Assembly (NCBI GenBank): GCA_030324005.1
Contig: JARDVH010000133.1
Coordinates: 16,478,907 to 16,542,906 of the forward strand
Direction of reading: 5' to 3'
Length of the DNA stretch: 64,000 nt
Origin: Negaprion brevirostris
Taxonomy: Eukaryota
Shown piece after piece: positions 13,607 to 25,701 of this stretch (its first letter is position 1; each line of letters starts with the position of its first letter). The notes under the pieces are model-generated. The model was not told the origin of the DNA. It saw nothing but the letters and a program-made list of their open reading frames with translations, and searched no databases. Both the position numbers and the translations under genes were made by a program.

Positions 13607-13769
13607 TATATTTCTCAAGGGCTTCACTTAAGTCCAAANNNNNNNNNNNNNNNNNNNNNNTTTGGTATTTTTAGCAGCAAAAGTAAACATTAATATATGC
13701 AAATAACATAATTGGTCAATTGTACCATTGTCAATAATTATGATAATTATATGATTATAAAATATTCAT

Positions 13770-13932
13770 TGCGGGTTCAGGCCCTATTTAAGCATACAAT
13801 CCAGGGCTGACATTGCAGCACAGCTCTGGAGGATTGCTGCATTGTCAGGGGTACTGCATTTGAGATTAAACTGAAGTCCCACCTTCCTAATGAAGTGGAC
13901 ATTTAACAGATTTCATGATAGGAAGAGGAAAT
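13770..13932 (+). mobile_element. Deu-domain SINE fragment
   Basis: 'ggctgacattgcagcacag...gctgcattgtcagggg...gagattaaactgaagtccc'. Confidence 0.5.
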
Positions 13933-14171
13933 GGTTGGACACTGGTGGTTGTGCCTTCTCTGCGGATCTGCTGATCTTCAGCTGCTTCCAGGAATTTCAG
14001 TCTTATCCCATCAGGGTTGCTACCTCAGAATCGTGGAATCTTCAAATTGTTCCAGCACAGCGGGAAGCCATTCAGCCCATCATGTTTGCAGCAGATCTCC
14101 AAATGAGCAGTTCACTTAATGGCAGTTCACCCTGTATATTCTTCTTTTTCAGACAAAGTTGAATTCCATTT

Positions 14172-14470
14172 CACGGTAGCACAGTGGTTAGCACTTGCTG
14201 CCTCACAGCGTCAGGGACTCGGGTATGATTCCCGGCTTGGGTCACTGCTGCGCGGAGCTTTCAAGTTCTCCCTGTGTCTGGGTGAGTTTCCTCTGGGTGC
14301 TCCGGTTTCTTCTCACAGTCCAAAAGACGTGCTGGTTAGATGCATTCGCCATGCTATATTCTCCCTCAGTGTACCCGAACAGGCGTCGGAGTGTGGCAAC
14401 TAGGGGATTTTTACAGTAACTTCATTGCAGTGTTAATGTAAGCCTATCTGTGACTATTAAATAAACTTTA
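14172..14470 (+). mobile_element. HE1-like SINE, tail A
   Basis: Full head-body-tail. Confidence 0.9.
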
Positions 14471-15312
14471 CTTTTACAAGGATCCCCAGATTTTGTCTCT
14501 GGATAACTAGTCCAGTGACAATACCATTATGCCACAACCTCTCATATGGCACCCAATCCCATCTATTTCCTTCCAGATGAATGAGATTAAAATTACCCCT
14601 AGAATATATTGTTTAGAAATTACCTTCACCTCTGCTCTAGATACTTTTGCACATGCATGGATACAGTGGCAGTGTTATTTTAAATCCCACTGTGTGCTGG
14701 AGTGTAAATGGTGCGTCTGGATTTGATGCAGCTGACTTGCAGCAAGCAATCTAAACTTGCTCTTCAGTTCCTGTTAAATTAAACAGGAATACTATTTCCC
14801 TGAAATGCTGAGGCTTAATTCTCCATTAAGATGTTTTTCCTCTTTTTCCACATGAAAGCAGTCTAGATGGTGAAATTAAAAACTTGGGAGTACTTCAAAG
14901 CAGGTCTGTTTGAAGGGGAAAAAAAATACCTCATTCCAATTTAACTGAATCGGGAGGAAATAACTTAGAACAGCAACATTGCCAGTGTCCTTAATGGGGA
15001 CAAGGCAATCTGTACAAGTTAACCTGCTCATCCTGAACAACAAATGGAATTGTAAGGACTAACCAATATTTAAGTTTGATGTCTGCTTCTAATCAAGCAG
15101 TAGTTTATTAGAATGAGACCAGTTTTAGCCCTTTTATCATCAGCCTGTGTACCATTTGATGTTACTTTCATGTATGTTCTTGGCTTATAATGTCATATCA
15201 TTTCAACATTTGCTGCACAGACAGCCATTCTGAGTGGGCACTTCTATTAATTTTAAAATTAATTCTAAGGAGCTAAAGTGGGAGAGCATGTCATTCTCGC
15301 TTAATAATGTCA

Positions 15313-15510
15313 TCAGACTTTCGATCCAAAATGATTTGAAGGAATGAATTGAACCGTAGATTGTGTCAAACCTCTATTAAAGAAAGAATGATCGGCATGG
15401 TTGTCGCAATAGACTGAAGAGTATACGGAGATCTTATCATTTTTATATCTATCACACATCAACATTTCTTGTTCATCCATATTTGTGCACTTAATTGTCT
15501 TCAGGATTTC
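15313..15510 (-). other. Candidate terminal exon (65 aa, unrecognised)
   Basis: Acceptor 'tgtattgcag|GAA' opens EILKTIKCTNMDEQEM...FGSKV*; non-repetitive sequence. Confidence 0.25.
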
Positions 15511-15759
15511 CTGCAATACATAGGAATTAAATTGCTTTTTCCTGACCTTTAATAGCATTACTATTGCCAAATCCTTCACATTCTGGGTATTTCAGAGGTT
15601 TGCTTGGTTGCCCATCTGCAAATTATGGCTTGAGGAGCAAGATAGTCTTGTGGCACGACGTGAAGTGTTGCAGTCATCACAAGTACAGGCTTCATGTTCA
15701 AACCCCACTCAAGGAATTGAAGGCCAAGGGCAAGATGTTTATAATGCAGCCAGACTGGG

Positions 15760-16000
15760 TTGGTTATCAGCACCTTCTAAACCCACAACGATTACCGTCT
15801 AGGAAAACAAGAGCAGCAGATACGCTGAGATCACAACCACCTGGAAAATCCCATCCAAGTCAATCACCATCCTGACTTAGAACTATGTTACCATTCCTTC
15901 ATTGTCGCTGGACCAAAATCCTGGAATTCCCTCCCTAATAGTACCATGGGTGTATCTACACCTTAGGGACTGAAGTGGTTCAAGAAGCCAGCTGACCACA
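15760..16000 (+). mobile_element. CR1-clade LINE 3' end (second family)
   Basis: Matches 17430-17665. Confidence 0.75.
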
Positions 16001-16004
16001 ACAT

Positions 16005-17030
16005 GATTTATGGCACAGGAAAAAGGCCATTAAATCTCTCCTGCCTGAAAAAGGGATTTCTGGTATAATCCCACCAATAAACATTGAGCTGTATCCCTGT
16101 AAGACACGGGAGCTCAGGGTTATATCCTAAGTATGTTTTTTAAATGCATTGAGGGTTTCTGCCTCCACCATCCTTTTCAGGCAGTGATTTCCAGACCCCC
16201 ACAAGCCTTTGGGTAAAATAATTACTCCTCAGCTGTCCTCTAATCTTTTCACCAATTATTTTAAATTTTTGCCTCTTGGTTTTGATCTCTCTGGTCATAG
16301 AGTCATAGAGGTTTACAGCATGGAAGCAGGCTCTTCAGCCCAGCTTGTCCATGCCACCAACTTGCCTATGCCACCCAGCTAGTCCCAATTGCCTGCATTT
16401 GGCCCATTTCCCTCTATACCCATCTTGTAACTGTCTAAATGCTTATTAAAAGACAAAATTGTACCCACTTCTACTATTGCCTCTGGCAGCTTATTCCAGA
16501 CACTTTCCATCCTCTGAGTGAAATAATTGCCATTCTGGACCCTTTTGTACCTGTCCCCTCTCACCCTAAACCTACACCCTCTGGTTTTAGACCCCTCTAC
16601 CTTTGTGTCCTTTCTATCCACTTTGTGTTGGCCACCCATCATTTTATGCATCTCAATTAAATCTTTTCTTAGCTTGCTCTGTTCCAAACAAGACAAATTC
16701 TGCCAACCCAACATTGCATTGTAACTAAAATTCTCAATTCCTGGCATTAGTCTTTTGAATCTTATTGCAATCATATCCTTCCTGCAATGCAGTGACCAGA
16801 ACTGTAACTGCAGTCTAGCCAGCGTTTCATGCTGTTCCAGTTTAACTGCCCTGCTCTTATACCCCAGGCCTCGACTAATAAAGGAAAATGTCCCATCTGC
16901 CTTCTTGACAACCTGATCTAGCAGTCCTGCTATCTTAGGAAATTGCAGACATATATTTGAAGATTCCTCTGATCCTCCAAACTTCTCAGTTTCCTACCAC
17001 TAAGTATACATTCTTCTGCCTTGCTGTCCT
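16005..17030 (-). mobile_element. Older CR1 LINE 3' portion with a nested younger CR1 (16296-16597)
   Basis: ORF 16379-16774 has CR1 C-terminal motifs (LRKDLIEMHKMM, TRG..F, FTQRM..VWNKLP). Confidence 0.8.
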
Positions 17031-17145
17031 CCTCATTGTCTCGCCAGCACCTTTGCAAGGGATTTAGGGATGGACAACAAACTGGGCTTGTCAGCAATGC
17101 TCATATCCCATGAACCATTAAAAAGAACCCAGCCAAATAGCATAA

Positions 17146-17268
17146 TGGCCGGAAACTACCACTTTGCCCGCCATGAAATTGGCATGGGCAAGGATCCGAC
17201 AACAGAAAGCTCCATTGACCTTGGATGGGAATTTCCGGTCTTGCCCAAGTGAGGCTGTAAAATCCCAT
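17146..17268 (-). mobile_element. MITE family 2
   Basis: 'ccattgacctt..tgggaatttccgg' core shared with 20543, 22678, 33901, 34164, 58678, 61964. Confidence 0.7.
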
Positions 17269-17311
17269 CCAAAGTGTTTTACGTGGTGCAAATTCTGGCG
17301 TAATTCTAGAG

Positions 17312-17727
17312 CAGCCCATTTGATTGCTACCCCTTCCACAAACATTCACTTCCTTCAACACCAATGAACAGTGGCAGCAGTGTGCGCCATCTGCAAGGTG
17401 CACTGTAGGAATTCCCCAAGGCTCCTTAAGCAGCACCTTCCAAACCCACAAGCACTACCATCTAAAAGGACAAGAGCAACAGATATCTGGGAATACCACC
17501 ACCTGGAGGTACCCCTGCAAGTCACTGATTATTCTGACTTGAAACAATATCGCCATTCCTTCACTGTAGCTGGGTCAAAATCCTGGAATTCCCTCCCTAA
17601 CAGCACTGTGGGTGTACCTATACCTTAGAGACTGCATCGGTTCAAGAGGTCAGCTCATCACCACCTTTTGTAGGGCAACTAAATGCTACCTACCCAGCGA
17701 TGCCCACATCCCGTGAATGAATTATTA
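17312..17727 (+). mobile_element. CR1-clade LINE 3' end (second family)
   Basis: ORF 17371-17628 ...PRLLKQHLPNP...SKSWNSLPNSTVG; ends 'cccacatcccgtgaatgaa'. Confidence 0.85.
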
Positions 17728-18384
17728 AAATGCTGCATATCGGCACCATGTAAGTTAAAGATCATAATTAAATAACATAGTGAGAACCTCAAATATGATT
17801 AACATTACTTAATTCCTTTGACTGTTTTGCATTTCTACCACATACCTCTTGCTGAAGCATGTTATTTAAAATTAACCTTTAAGGTTTTGTAAAATTACTG
17901 TCACATTTCCTGAGCAAATTAATCTTGGAAATGGTAATAAACTATATGATAAGAGAAACATAAAGTACGGCAGCAAATTATCATTTCACTCAGGCTACAA
18001 CATTTTCGTGTTGAAAGCCAAATGTTTGACACATTGCACAAGCATTATCGCAGGCCCTTCAGGGTGTGTTGGGTTTTTTTTCACCCACTTACCTGAACCA
18101 ACTGATCCAAAAGTAAGGTTTGTATGTGCGATAAACAACAGCACTAGTCAGCAGTTAGAAGTTTAAGCTTACGTAGAAACGTGGACAGAAGTTTAACAAG
18201 TAGCCCGGTAATATTGTAGTACATGCATTCTGGCTAGTCGTTCAATAACGAGTAAATCTGAGAATTCCTGAGAGTGCATTTAAAAAAGGTAGACGCATCT
18301 TTCATTTAACTTTCAGTTTCTGGGGAATGTTTTAATCTCTCTATGTATTCAAAGTAACTCTTGTCAATCGGAAATTACCTGCAT

Positions 18385-19340
18385 ATCAAAAACAGGAAAT
18401 GCTGAAAAATCTCAGCCAGTCTGAAGGGAGGATAGAATCAACAATCCAAGTCTGGATGAACCTTCATCAGAGCACAAGGATGACCTGAGAACTCTTCACT
18501 TCTTCCTCGAAGAACATTCCCCAGCCACCACCTTTCGCTTCCCTTTGGCTGAAATTTCACCTTTAACTTGTCTCACCTCCTCCAAATCAAAGGTGTGGCT
18601 TTGGGTGTCCATATGGGTCCCAGCTATGCCTGTCCCTTTATGGAGTATGTGGAAAATTCGATGCTCTGATCCTACTCTGGCCCCCTACCACAACTCTTTC
18701 ATCGGTATGTTAAAAAAAACACTCCGACAAAGGGTCATCTGGACCCACTATAAAAAGTATTCTTCCTGGTTATTTCATGGCTTGGTATGACTCCTGCTGT
18801 GTGCAAGACCGCAGGGAACTACAAAAGGTCATGAACGTAGCCTAATCCATCATGCAAACCAGCCTCCCATCCATTGACTCTGTCTATACTTCCTGTTGCC
18901 TTGGCAAAGCAGCCAGCATAATTAAGGACCCTACGCACCCCAGACTCTTTCTCTTCTACCTTCTTCCTTAGAGAAAAAGATACAAAAGTCTGAGGTCAAA
19001 TACCAATCGACTCAAGAACAGCTTCTTCCCTGCTGCTGTCAGACTCTTGAATGGACTTACCTTGCATTAAGTTGATCTTTCTCTACACCCTAGCTATGAC
19101 TGTAACACTACATTCTGCACTCTCTCATTTCTCTCTCTATGAACGGTATGTTTTGACTGTATAGTGTGCAAGAAACAATACTTTTCATTGTATGTTAATA
19201 CATGTGAAAATAATAAATAAAAATCAAAAAAATCAAACATCTGCTCCATTCTCTCTCCACAGATGCTGCCAGAGCTGCTGAGATTTTCCAGCATTTTCTG
19301 GTTTTGTTTCAGATTCCAGCATCTGCAGTATTTTGCTTTA
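18385..19340 (+). mobile_element. Penelope-like element remnant: inverted terminal repeats around an RT fragment, with nested Rex-Babar
   Basis: 18555-18655 reads FTFN...LQIKGVALG..MGPSYACPFMEYVE (Penelope RT motif); 18385-18470 is inverted relative to 18715-18745 and 19236-19340. Confidence 0.75.
18743..19235 (+). mobile_element. Rex1/Babar LINE 3' end
   Basis: Encodes ...AWY..C..QDRRELQKV...DPTHP...LLP..KRY...TNRLKNSFFP; tail 'aatcaaa'. Confidence 0.8.
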
Positions 19341-19894
19341 ATCTCCCACATAAGTTTGCCCAGTTTTCTTTCCTCGTATTATAATTTCAAGTCAGTGGCG
19401 AAACATTAAAAACATTAAATCATTGCGAAAATAGCATGCATCATCTTCTGCATTATGAAGATATTACAATATATCATTAGTTACATTTCCATATTCAAAG
19501 ATTTGCAATGTTAAATTTAGGATGACAAATTATTATTTGCAGTGAAATAGTCAATGAAAATATTGTTTTGCTAATTTGTTAACTCTCCAGGAGATGGGTG
19601 TAATTTAATGTCTTGGAGGAGACATTAAAAGATTTTTGAACTATTCACAGCATGCTAGAATATATTTAAAAATCCACGAGTATCTATCCTGTGTAAATGA
19701 CACAATAAATGCATATGCCAAAGAAAGAGATGCATGCATAATCTGTATCTTGTGTCCATCACGCTCCAAATATCATACATTGTAAAAATTTTATCTTGGG
19801 TAGTGGCGGAAAACAGACCTTATCCATTGCAGTCAATGGAACTGAATATCAGGTGCTACCTCGAACTGGCAGCTGAACAAAGTTTATTAAAGTT

Positions 19895-20463
19895 GAAAGT
19901 TGAAAGTTTTAATGTTTATTTATTAGTGTCACGCAGTTGCACAGTGGTTAGCACTGTAGCCTCACAGGGCAGGGACCCAGATTTGATTCACATCTTGGGT
20001 CATTGTCTGTGTGGAGTCTGCACATTCTCCCTGTCTCTGTGTGGGTTTCCTTCAGGTGGTCTGGTTTCCTCCCACGGTCCAAAAGATGTACTGGTTAGGA
20101 GCATCTGCCATGCTAAATTCTCTCTGTGTACCCGAACAGGTGTCAGAGTGTGAGGTCTGTGGATTTTCACAGTAACTTCATTGCAATGTTAATTTAAGCC
20201 AATTTGTGACATGAATAGATAGTAAATAAACACAAGTAGGCTTACATTAACACTGCAATGAAGCTACTATGAAAATCTTCTAGTCGCCACACTCTGGCAC
20301 CTGTTTAGGTACACTGAGGTGAATTTAGCATGGCCAATGCTCCCAACCAGCACACCTTTCAGACTGTGAGAGGAAACCAGAGCACCCAGAGGAAACATAT
20401 AGACACGAAGAGAACATGCAAACTCCACACAGGCAGTGACTCAAGCTGGGAATCGAACCCAGG
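19895..20463 (-). mobile_element. HE1-like SINE (minus) with a plus-strand copy inserted in its tail
   Basis: Tail split 'tattagtgtc|...|acaagtaggc'; body at 20231-20463. Confidence 0.8.
19933..20230 (+). mobile_element. HE1-like SINE, tail A (nested)
   Basis: Full head-body-tail. Confidence 0.85.
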
Positions 20464-20542
20464 CTGTCTAAAATGAGTTTCTACTCCAATCCCTTCTTCA
20501 AAACAATGATCTTTGATCAATTTTGATTCATTTCAAAATATT

Positions 20543-20670
20543 GGGGGGAATTTTCTCTTCCTACCCACCACGGGAATCATAGTGGATCAAGGAGCAAACT
20601 ATGCAAAGGTCCGTTGACCTCGAGCAGGATACTCTGGTTTTGGGGTGAGCATGGTTGGAAGATGGTGCCC
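20543..20670 (+). mobile_element. MITE family 2
   Basis: Termini ggggggaatttt...gatggtgccc, flanked by att/att. Confidence 0.75.
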
Positions 20671-21719
20671 ATTAAATAGCAATAGTTAGCTGGGAAAAAT
20701 ATTCCCTTTTTGCAGCGACCGTACAACAACCTAAGCATTAGGCTGAGCATAAGTTGCCCCCATCAAATTGCATGTGTGGCCACACAAAAAATTTTAGGAC
20801 CCAGACATTTAATCCTGTTACCTACGATCGGAATGAAACATTTACTCTGCTTCTCTCTCCACAGATGCGGTCAAACCTGCTGAGCTTTTCCAGCATTTTC
20901 TGTTCTTATTTGCAATTACCTGTGTTTTGCTGATTGAGACCAACCTTCCACAGTGGGGGTATTTCGGAATGTTAAAAATGGAATCAGCCTGGTTAACAGC
21001 TAAAAATGACAAATATGCTCTAGATCAAAGAGAGGGAGACCTTTCATTTGCCTGTACTGCTGAATTTGTCTAATTGGAGATTAATACCATGTTTCCCTCC
21101 ATTTCATATGATCTTGTCATTATGGGAACTTACCCTGGCTCCGTCTATAATTCTGAGGGCGCAGCTTGTGGAGGTGGGCAATCATCCATTGCATAATTAC
21201 CATTAAGATTGCTTTCAATAAATTACTCCTGATCTTTCTTTAATTTTCACTTCCAAACTGGTGCCACACTTAGCATCACAGTTAGCTTTTTGTCTCTTGG
21301 ATTCCCTTCTTGCTGATGGGCAAGGAAGAGTTCTTTCAGCAACACTTTCAATTCATTATGTTGTTGAGGGGGAGCTTGACACAAAAGGATTGATTTTCAT
21401 CCTGGTCTAAGTTGATTCAAATTTGTTGAGAACTGGCGCTAATCCTGCCTGAAAGGCCAAGTGCAAATCATACTGGATTCTAGTGTAAGCTTATTTGAAT
21501 AGTTATTCACTACTCCATGTGCAAACTCGGAAAGTCTCAAACAAGACGTAAGAGGGGCGAGTGGGAAAATAAATGTAAATTAGATTCATAAAGGATGGAA
21601 ACATACCGGGGGAGTGTCATGATATGTGAAGATCTGAAAGCCTTTGGAGAGGCTCAAAGGGGATCGCAACCAATTAGTAGCATTTGCCAAGGTTGAAGTA
21701 GCAGGGGATTAAAAAGCTG

Positions 21720-22335
21720 ATGGAAAGAAAAATTAGAGAGGGAGCCCTATATGCAGATAAGAGTCTACAGGCGAATGATGGAGCAATTCAGTAAGTCCCA
21801 TTGATCGTGTTGAAGTGAAGATGAGGATCCGTCAGACACACATAGCGGCCAGAGGGAGGATTTGTCCATGAGATACAGTGTCGTTGTCATATGTCACATG
21901 AATGTGCAACAAGGTTCCATATTTTTGCAGCTGACTATTGCTGCTTTTGCATATCACAACCGGATACACCAAGCTTGTTCAAAGATCGCCTTGAATCAGA
22001 TGCGTTGCTCTGTTCTTGTCTTTCTACCAGCCCAGACCTGGAGAAAGCGGATGCCCATGTCATTCCTAGGTATGAAAGCCAGGTCCTGCAAAATTGTTAA
22101 TGGTACCTTGGAGGTCATGGCCAATGACGTTGACATATCCACTTGCACACGATGCCAGGTAAAGCAGGACATACTGCAATTGGGTTATTACTGAAGAAGC
22201 TTCCAGCTTGATGGTTAAGCCAGGCATTCACATCCTTTAGTTCTGTCACTGGTAATCTGGTGCTGCTGTTGCACCGGAAAGAAGAGTCTCAACCAGCGCA
22301 CTGTTTATCCAAACAAAATTGTTGCCTCTAAAGCC
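21720..22335 (+). pseudogene. Possible relic of a transposon-borne PIN/FEN1-like nuclease ORF
   Basis: Ordered fragments NDGAIQ, RFHIFAADY, LEKADAHVIP, VMANDVDI, HIL*FC across frameshifts and stops. Confidence 0.25.
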
Positions 22336-22677
22336 TGCTCATACTGTTGAGGCTGCTGCTGTTTCTCGCCTTCCATCCAAATAAAACTGGCAATAACAGC
22401 ACCCATGATGAGCAGATACTGAGGGTAAATAAAGCAACAAATATCAGGAAGAAGCGAGCCAGAAGACAGAAACTCTCCTGGCATTCCAGCTCAACACATA
22501 TACCTTCTGGTCCAATTACCTGCTGGGTGACACTTTCAATACTGCTTCACTGGCTTTGATAGTCCAGTGCCAGCAGGTTCAATGACAGGTTAGACTTTGG
22601 GTGATTTTGGATTATATTGGAGTTGAAGTCCTATTGTTGCCTAAATTTACACTTGTACTTGAAGTTTCAGACATTCA

Positions 22678-22802
22678 GGGGCAAATATTCCCATCCCTCC
22701 CACGTTGGGAGTTATAGCGGGCGTGGGGCAGACCATGGAAATGTCTGTTGATCTTGGGCGGGATTTTCCGGTTTCTGGGCGAGTGCAGTCAAAAGATCCG
22801 CC
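22678..22802 (+). mobile_element. MITE family 2
   Basis: ggggcaaat...aagatccgcc, flanked by tca/tca. Confidence 0.75.
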
Positions 22803-22974
22803 TCAGTCAATGCAAAACTACAATTAAAATGGCAAGAGAGCATGGATTTCAAAAATTGGCAACAAGCCAGGGGAAGATGAGGGAATCTAAAATTCTTTAA
22901 CAAAAGGGTGGTGGAGACAGATTCAGCAACAACTATTGAAAGGAAATTGAATGTCTACTTAAAAAGGGAAACAT

Positions 22975-23319
22975 TTTTTCTTCTAAATCATTCATGGGAT
23001 AAAGGTATTGCTGGCTGGCCAGCATTTATTGCTCATATTCATCTCAGGGCAGTTGAGAGTCGACCACATGTGGCTGTGGAGCCACATGTAGGCCAGACCA
23101 GGTATGGATGACAGATTTCCTTCCGTAAGGAATATTAGTGAACCAGATAGATTTTTCTGACAATGGTTTCATGGTTATCATGAGACTTTTAGGTCTGGAT
23201 ATTTTTTATTGAATTTAAATTCCACCATCTACCTAGTGGGATTCGAACCCAGGTCCCCAGAACATTAGCTGAGTTTCTTGATTAATAGTCGAGCAATAAT
23301 ATCGCTAGGCCATCACCTC
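22975..23319 (-). mobile_element. Second tRNA SINE family
   Basis: Matches 6259-6608; sits inside a CR1 3' fragment (22905-23420). Confidence 0.85.
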
Positions 23320-24776
23320 ACAAAGCGATAAGGAGTGGGCAGGAGATTGGGATTAATTGGTAGATTTTTCAGTCATCAAGGGTAGGATGGGCTTGTACAT
23401 TGTATGGTTCTATTGTTGTATGATTCGATGTACGGCTCAGTTAAATGAATGTGCAGAGGAATGCTTTAATAATTCATCCAATAAGGTCACCAGAAGTAAT
23501 TTCTAGCCTGCTGTCATTGCAATGCAAGTTTAATGAGTTGTAAAAGTTTGAACACACGACTGTTATATTTTTTGCAAATATCCAGAGTAAGTTTGTTTGC
23601 AGATACTTGTGGTAACATAATTCCATAATTTAAATGATTGCAGGTTGTAAATGATAGCTGCGCCACATGTTCTCAAAGGCCCTTTTCATAATTGAAATTA
23701 CAAAGAATAGAGGCAGAAAGAAAATGGTTTCCAATAGATGATTAGTGAGATTGGTTCACTACACCATTCACTTCTTGAGGCCAGATTGTTGTAAGCAATA
23801 TCAAGAGATCTCTGGGGACCCATTTTGAGTTTAATTTCTGAAAGACCCTCTGAGCAGGTGCCAGTGACAGGTAGTGAATGGAGATTTTTAACGAAACAGA
23901 AGTGGCCCTGTGGAGAAGGTCAAAGCAAAAGGTCAAAGAGCAACTTCATGGGTCAGCAAGTCAGAAGCCTCTGCTGTGGGAGAAGAACCAAAAAGTTGTG
24001 CCATTGCCCTAACGCGGTGCGCAGAGAAAGGACAGAACTACGGGCTGAATCAAGAAGGGGCCTGACAGACTGCAGGCTTTAGAGATCACAGGCCACATAT
24101 AGAGCAATTTGTAACAGAATTTTCAAGTATAATTGATACATTACTTGTAACGATTGACAGGTTATTGTAATTCCAATCGGCAAAAAAAGACACTGAGGAA
24201 ACAAGAGCGTAAAATGGATTCTGGTGTTTGAAGTTCGTTCTCTTAATAAAATTTAAATGGTCATTTATCTTTGTTTATCAAATAAGTTGTGCACTGAAGT
24301 CTCAGCTACTCACTTACCTCTTTGCTTTGTTTCTTCATCAATTAGTTTAATGAATTAATTGCTTTCAATATTTTTCTCTGCTGTATTAAAATACAGTTCA
24401 ACTTTGGGACCAAACTGTTTAGGGTAGCCCCAATTCAATCTACAAGCTTTGAAGTCAGAGGTGGTTTTGTCGATACTGTGTGTAGCAATGTTTTATAATT
24501 AATAGTTGACCTGCAGGGGAAAGCAGGATAAGCAAATTCATCCAAAAGCTAAGTGAACTGACTGTTTCCTTCCATTAACCTTCTCCTCTTAACTCGCTGG
24601 CACAGTACCAGCAGAGAAATACCAGTTCTGAGATATAAAGACTAAATTGAAAAACCTGTAAATTAAATAAATGACATTGTGACCTTACAGGTAAATGCTT
24701 ACCTTTCAAAAGGAACCAACATCAGATGCTTCTTTCCTTTTGCCTGGGTAATGCATTTGTTGCATTTCTTTCACCT

Positions 24777-25056
24777 GATTTGATTTATTATTGTTACATG
24801 TATTAGTATACAGTGAAAAGTATTGTTTCTTGCGTGCTCTACGCAGACAAAGCACACCATTCATAGAGAAGAAAAGGAGGGAATGCGGAATGTAGTGTTA
24901 CAGTCATAGCTAGGATGTAGAAAAAGATCAACTTAATGAGAGGTAAATCCATTCAAAAGTCTGATGGCAGCAGGGAAGAAGCTATTCTTGAGTCGGTTAG
25001 TACGTGCCTTCAGACTTTCGTATCTTTTTCCCAACAGAACAAGGTGGAAGAGAGTA
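24777..25056 (-). mobile_element. Rex1/Babar LINE 3' end
   Basis: Reverse complement of 40450-40740. Confidence 0.85.
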
Positions 25057-25127
25057 TTTTACTTCCATTTTATCAAAGTAAGAGATGCCACTGTTGAGGA
25101 AAGGAACATCTTCTCATTTCAGACACT

Positions 25128-25425
25128 CAGCATGGTGGCATAGTGGTTAGCACTGCTGCCTCACAGCTCCAGCAACCCGGGTGCAATTCCTGGCTTGGGT
25201 CACCATTTGTGTAGAGTCTGTATATTCTCCCTATGTCTGTGTGAGTTTCCTCCAGGTGCTCTGGCTTTGACCCACAGTCAAAAGACGTGCTGGTTAGGTG
25301 TGTTGGCCATGCTAAATTCTCCCTTGGTGTACCCAAACAGGTGCCGGAGTGTGGTGACTAGCAGATTTGCACAAATATTTCATAGCAGAGTTGATGTAAG
25401 CCTACTTGCGACACTGTACATAAAC
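25128..25425 (+). mobile_element. HE1-like SINE, tail A
   Basis: Full head-body-tail. Confidence 0.9.
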
Positions 25426-25584
25426 TCAACCTTAAACAGCACTGGCTTTGAGTGCTCCTGGGAAAGATTTAGCGCAGATAAAATTTGACAGAGGCTCCCT
25501 TTGCATCAACAAGTGTTTTGGCACAAATACAATAATATATAGCTCTTAGAATAAAGATGTTGTCAAAATAAATAAGACATGAAT

Positions 25585-25701
25585 ATCATGCCCTGTCACT
25601 TCTTCCAGTGAGAATGGTGAATTTGGCACTCAGCCAAATCTCCATTCACTGCAGCGGGACTGGAGAATCCCAAATGTGGACGATGCTGGAGAATCCAGCC
25701 C
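25585..25701 (+). mobile_element. MITE family 1 (5'-truncated)
   Basis: 'gaatttggcactcagccaaatctccattcactgcagc...ggagaatccagccc'. Confidence 0.7.

Noticed and set aside
14119-14419. Recurring 'VAQWLALLPHSARD...' ORFs, and tRNA-like A/B boxes
   Set aside because: Translations and heads of SINE copies; neither proteins nor real tRNA genes
23700-24480. Possible solo LTR (also 62600-62830)
   Set aside because: LTR-like texture only; no TG...CA ends, TSD or second copy confirmed
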